Positions 63,510 through 64,000 of a DNA stretch of 64,000 nucleotides are shown here, in pieces; position 1 is the stretch's first letter; every line of letters begins with the position of its first letter. The stretch spans positions 4,244-68,243 of the forward strand of contig JAJFHT010000071.1 of the NCBI GenBank assembly GCA_021775495.1, written 5' to 3'. This stretch comes from Hyphomicrobiales bacterium (lineage in GTDB: Bacteria; Pseudomonadota; Alphaproteobacteria; Rhizobiales; Rhizobiaceae). The notes below the pieces were generated by a model. It saw nothing but the letters and a program-made list of their open reading frames with translations, had not been told where the DNA came from and did no database searches. The position numbers and the translations under genes are program-made.

Positions 63510-63998
63510 TCAGCGCAAACCGAAATGCTGGAACCCGCCCCGCATGACCGGCTTTCGTGCTGAAATGACCCGTGAATTGACGCCGTTCCAACCGATCTCG
63601 CCGGACAGTCGGGCATATTCGATTTTCGGGCATCGGTTCATTATGACCTTGAGGCCGGCTGCTTCGGCCTTCCTGGCGGCAGCGTCATGGCGAACCGTCA
63701 ATTGCATCCAGACGACGGCCGGCAATGGTTTCAATGCCAGGATTTCATCGACGATCCCGGGTACGGCGTCGGAGCCACGGAAAATATCGACCATATCGAT
63801 CGGATCAGGAATATCTGCCAACCTAGCGAAGGTCATCTGCCCTAGAATTTCTCGGCCGGCATGACCAGGATTCACCGGAATGACCCGGTATCCCTTGTCG
63901 AGCAGGTATTTCGCGACAAAGAAGCTCGGGCGAATCGGATTGGCCGACGCGCCGACAATGGCCACTGATCCGACGCTGCAAAGAACGTCGGTGATCTC
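63510..63998 (-). CDS. CoA-binding protein (YccU-like), 5' end beyond the window
   Basis: AIVGASANPIRPS, PVNPG, DMVDIFR, WMQL and MNRCPKIE; the frame stays open to the window edge. Confidence 0.88.
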   Translation of the reverse strand, partial: EITDVLCSVGSVAIVGASANPIRPSFFVAKYLLDKGYRVIPVNPGHAGREILGQMTFARLADIPDPIDMVDIFRGSDAVPGIVDEILALKPLPAVVWMQLTVRHDAAARKAEAAGLKVIMNRCPKIEYARLSGEIGWNGVNSRVISARKPVMRGGFQHFGLR

Positions 63999-64000
63999 TT

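Overview
This window is core chromosome of a high-GC alphaproteobacterium of the Rhizobiales/Hyphomicrobiales, inferred from gene content and order. Housekeeping loci are a BMP-family (purine/nucleoside-type) ABC transporter, pcs, a ubiH-like hydroxylase, hspQ, ialB, mfd-sdhE/recG, glmUS, lolC/E-lolD, proS, the complete nuoA-N operon followed by birA-rnj-mce-DUF1467, tRNA-Asp and tRNA-Val, hupB, lon, clpX, clpP and a metY-like gene. No transposase, integrase, prophage or CRISPR array was found. The most interesting accessory segment is about 6.4 kb between hspQ and ialB: aqpZ, a LysR regulator with a perfect palindromic operator, a TRAP transporter and a cytoplasmic Cys-type sulfatase. Its TRAP binding protein has Trp in place of the canonical carboxylate-binding Arg, so I infer an uptake-and-hydrolysis system for a non-carboxylate (sulfate or phosphonate ester) substrate. 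Other points of note are a Cys-rich DUF2182-DUF1326 pair translationally coupled to pcs, a probable alpha-r9-type sRNA beside proS, a duplicated helix-hairpin-helix domain inside the nuo operon, an imperfect repeat starting at the tRNA-Val CCA end, and a vapC toxin remnant. All family assignments come from motif recognition by eye; no database searches were run.
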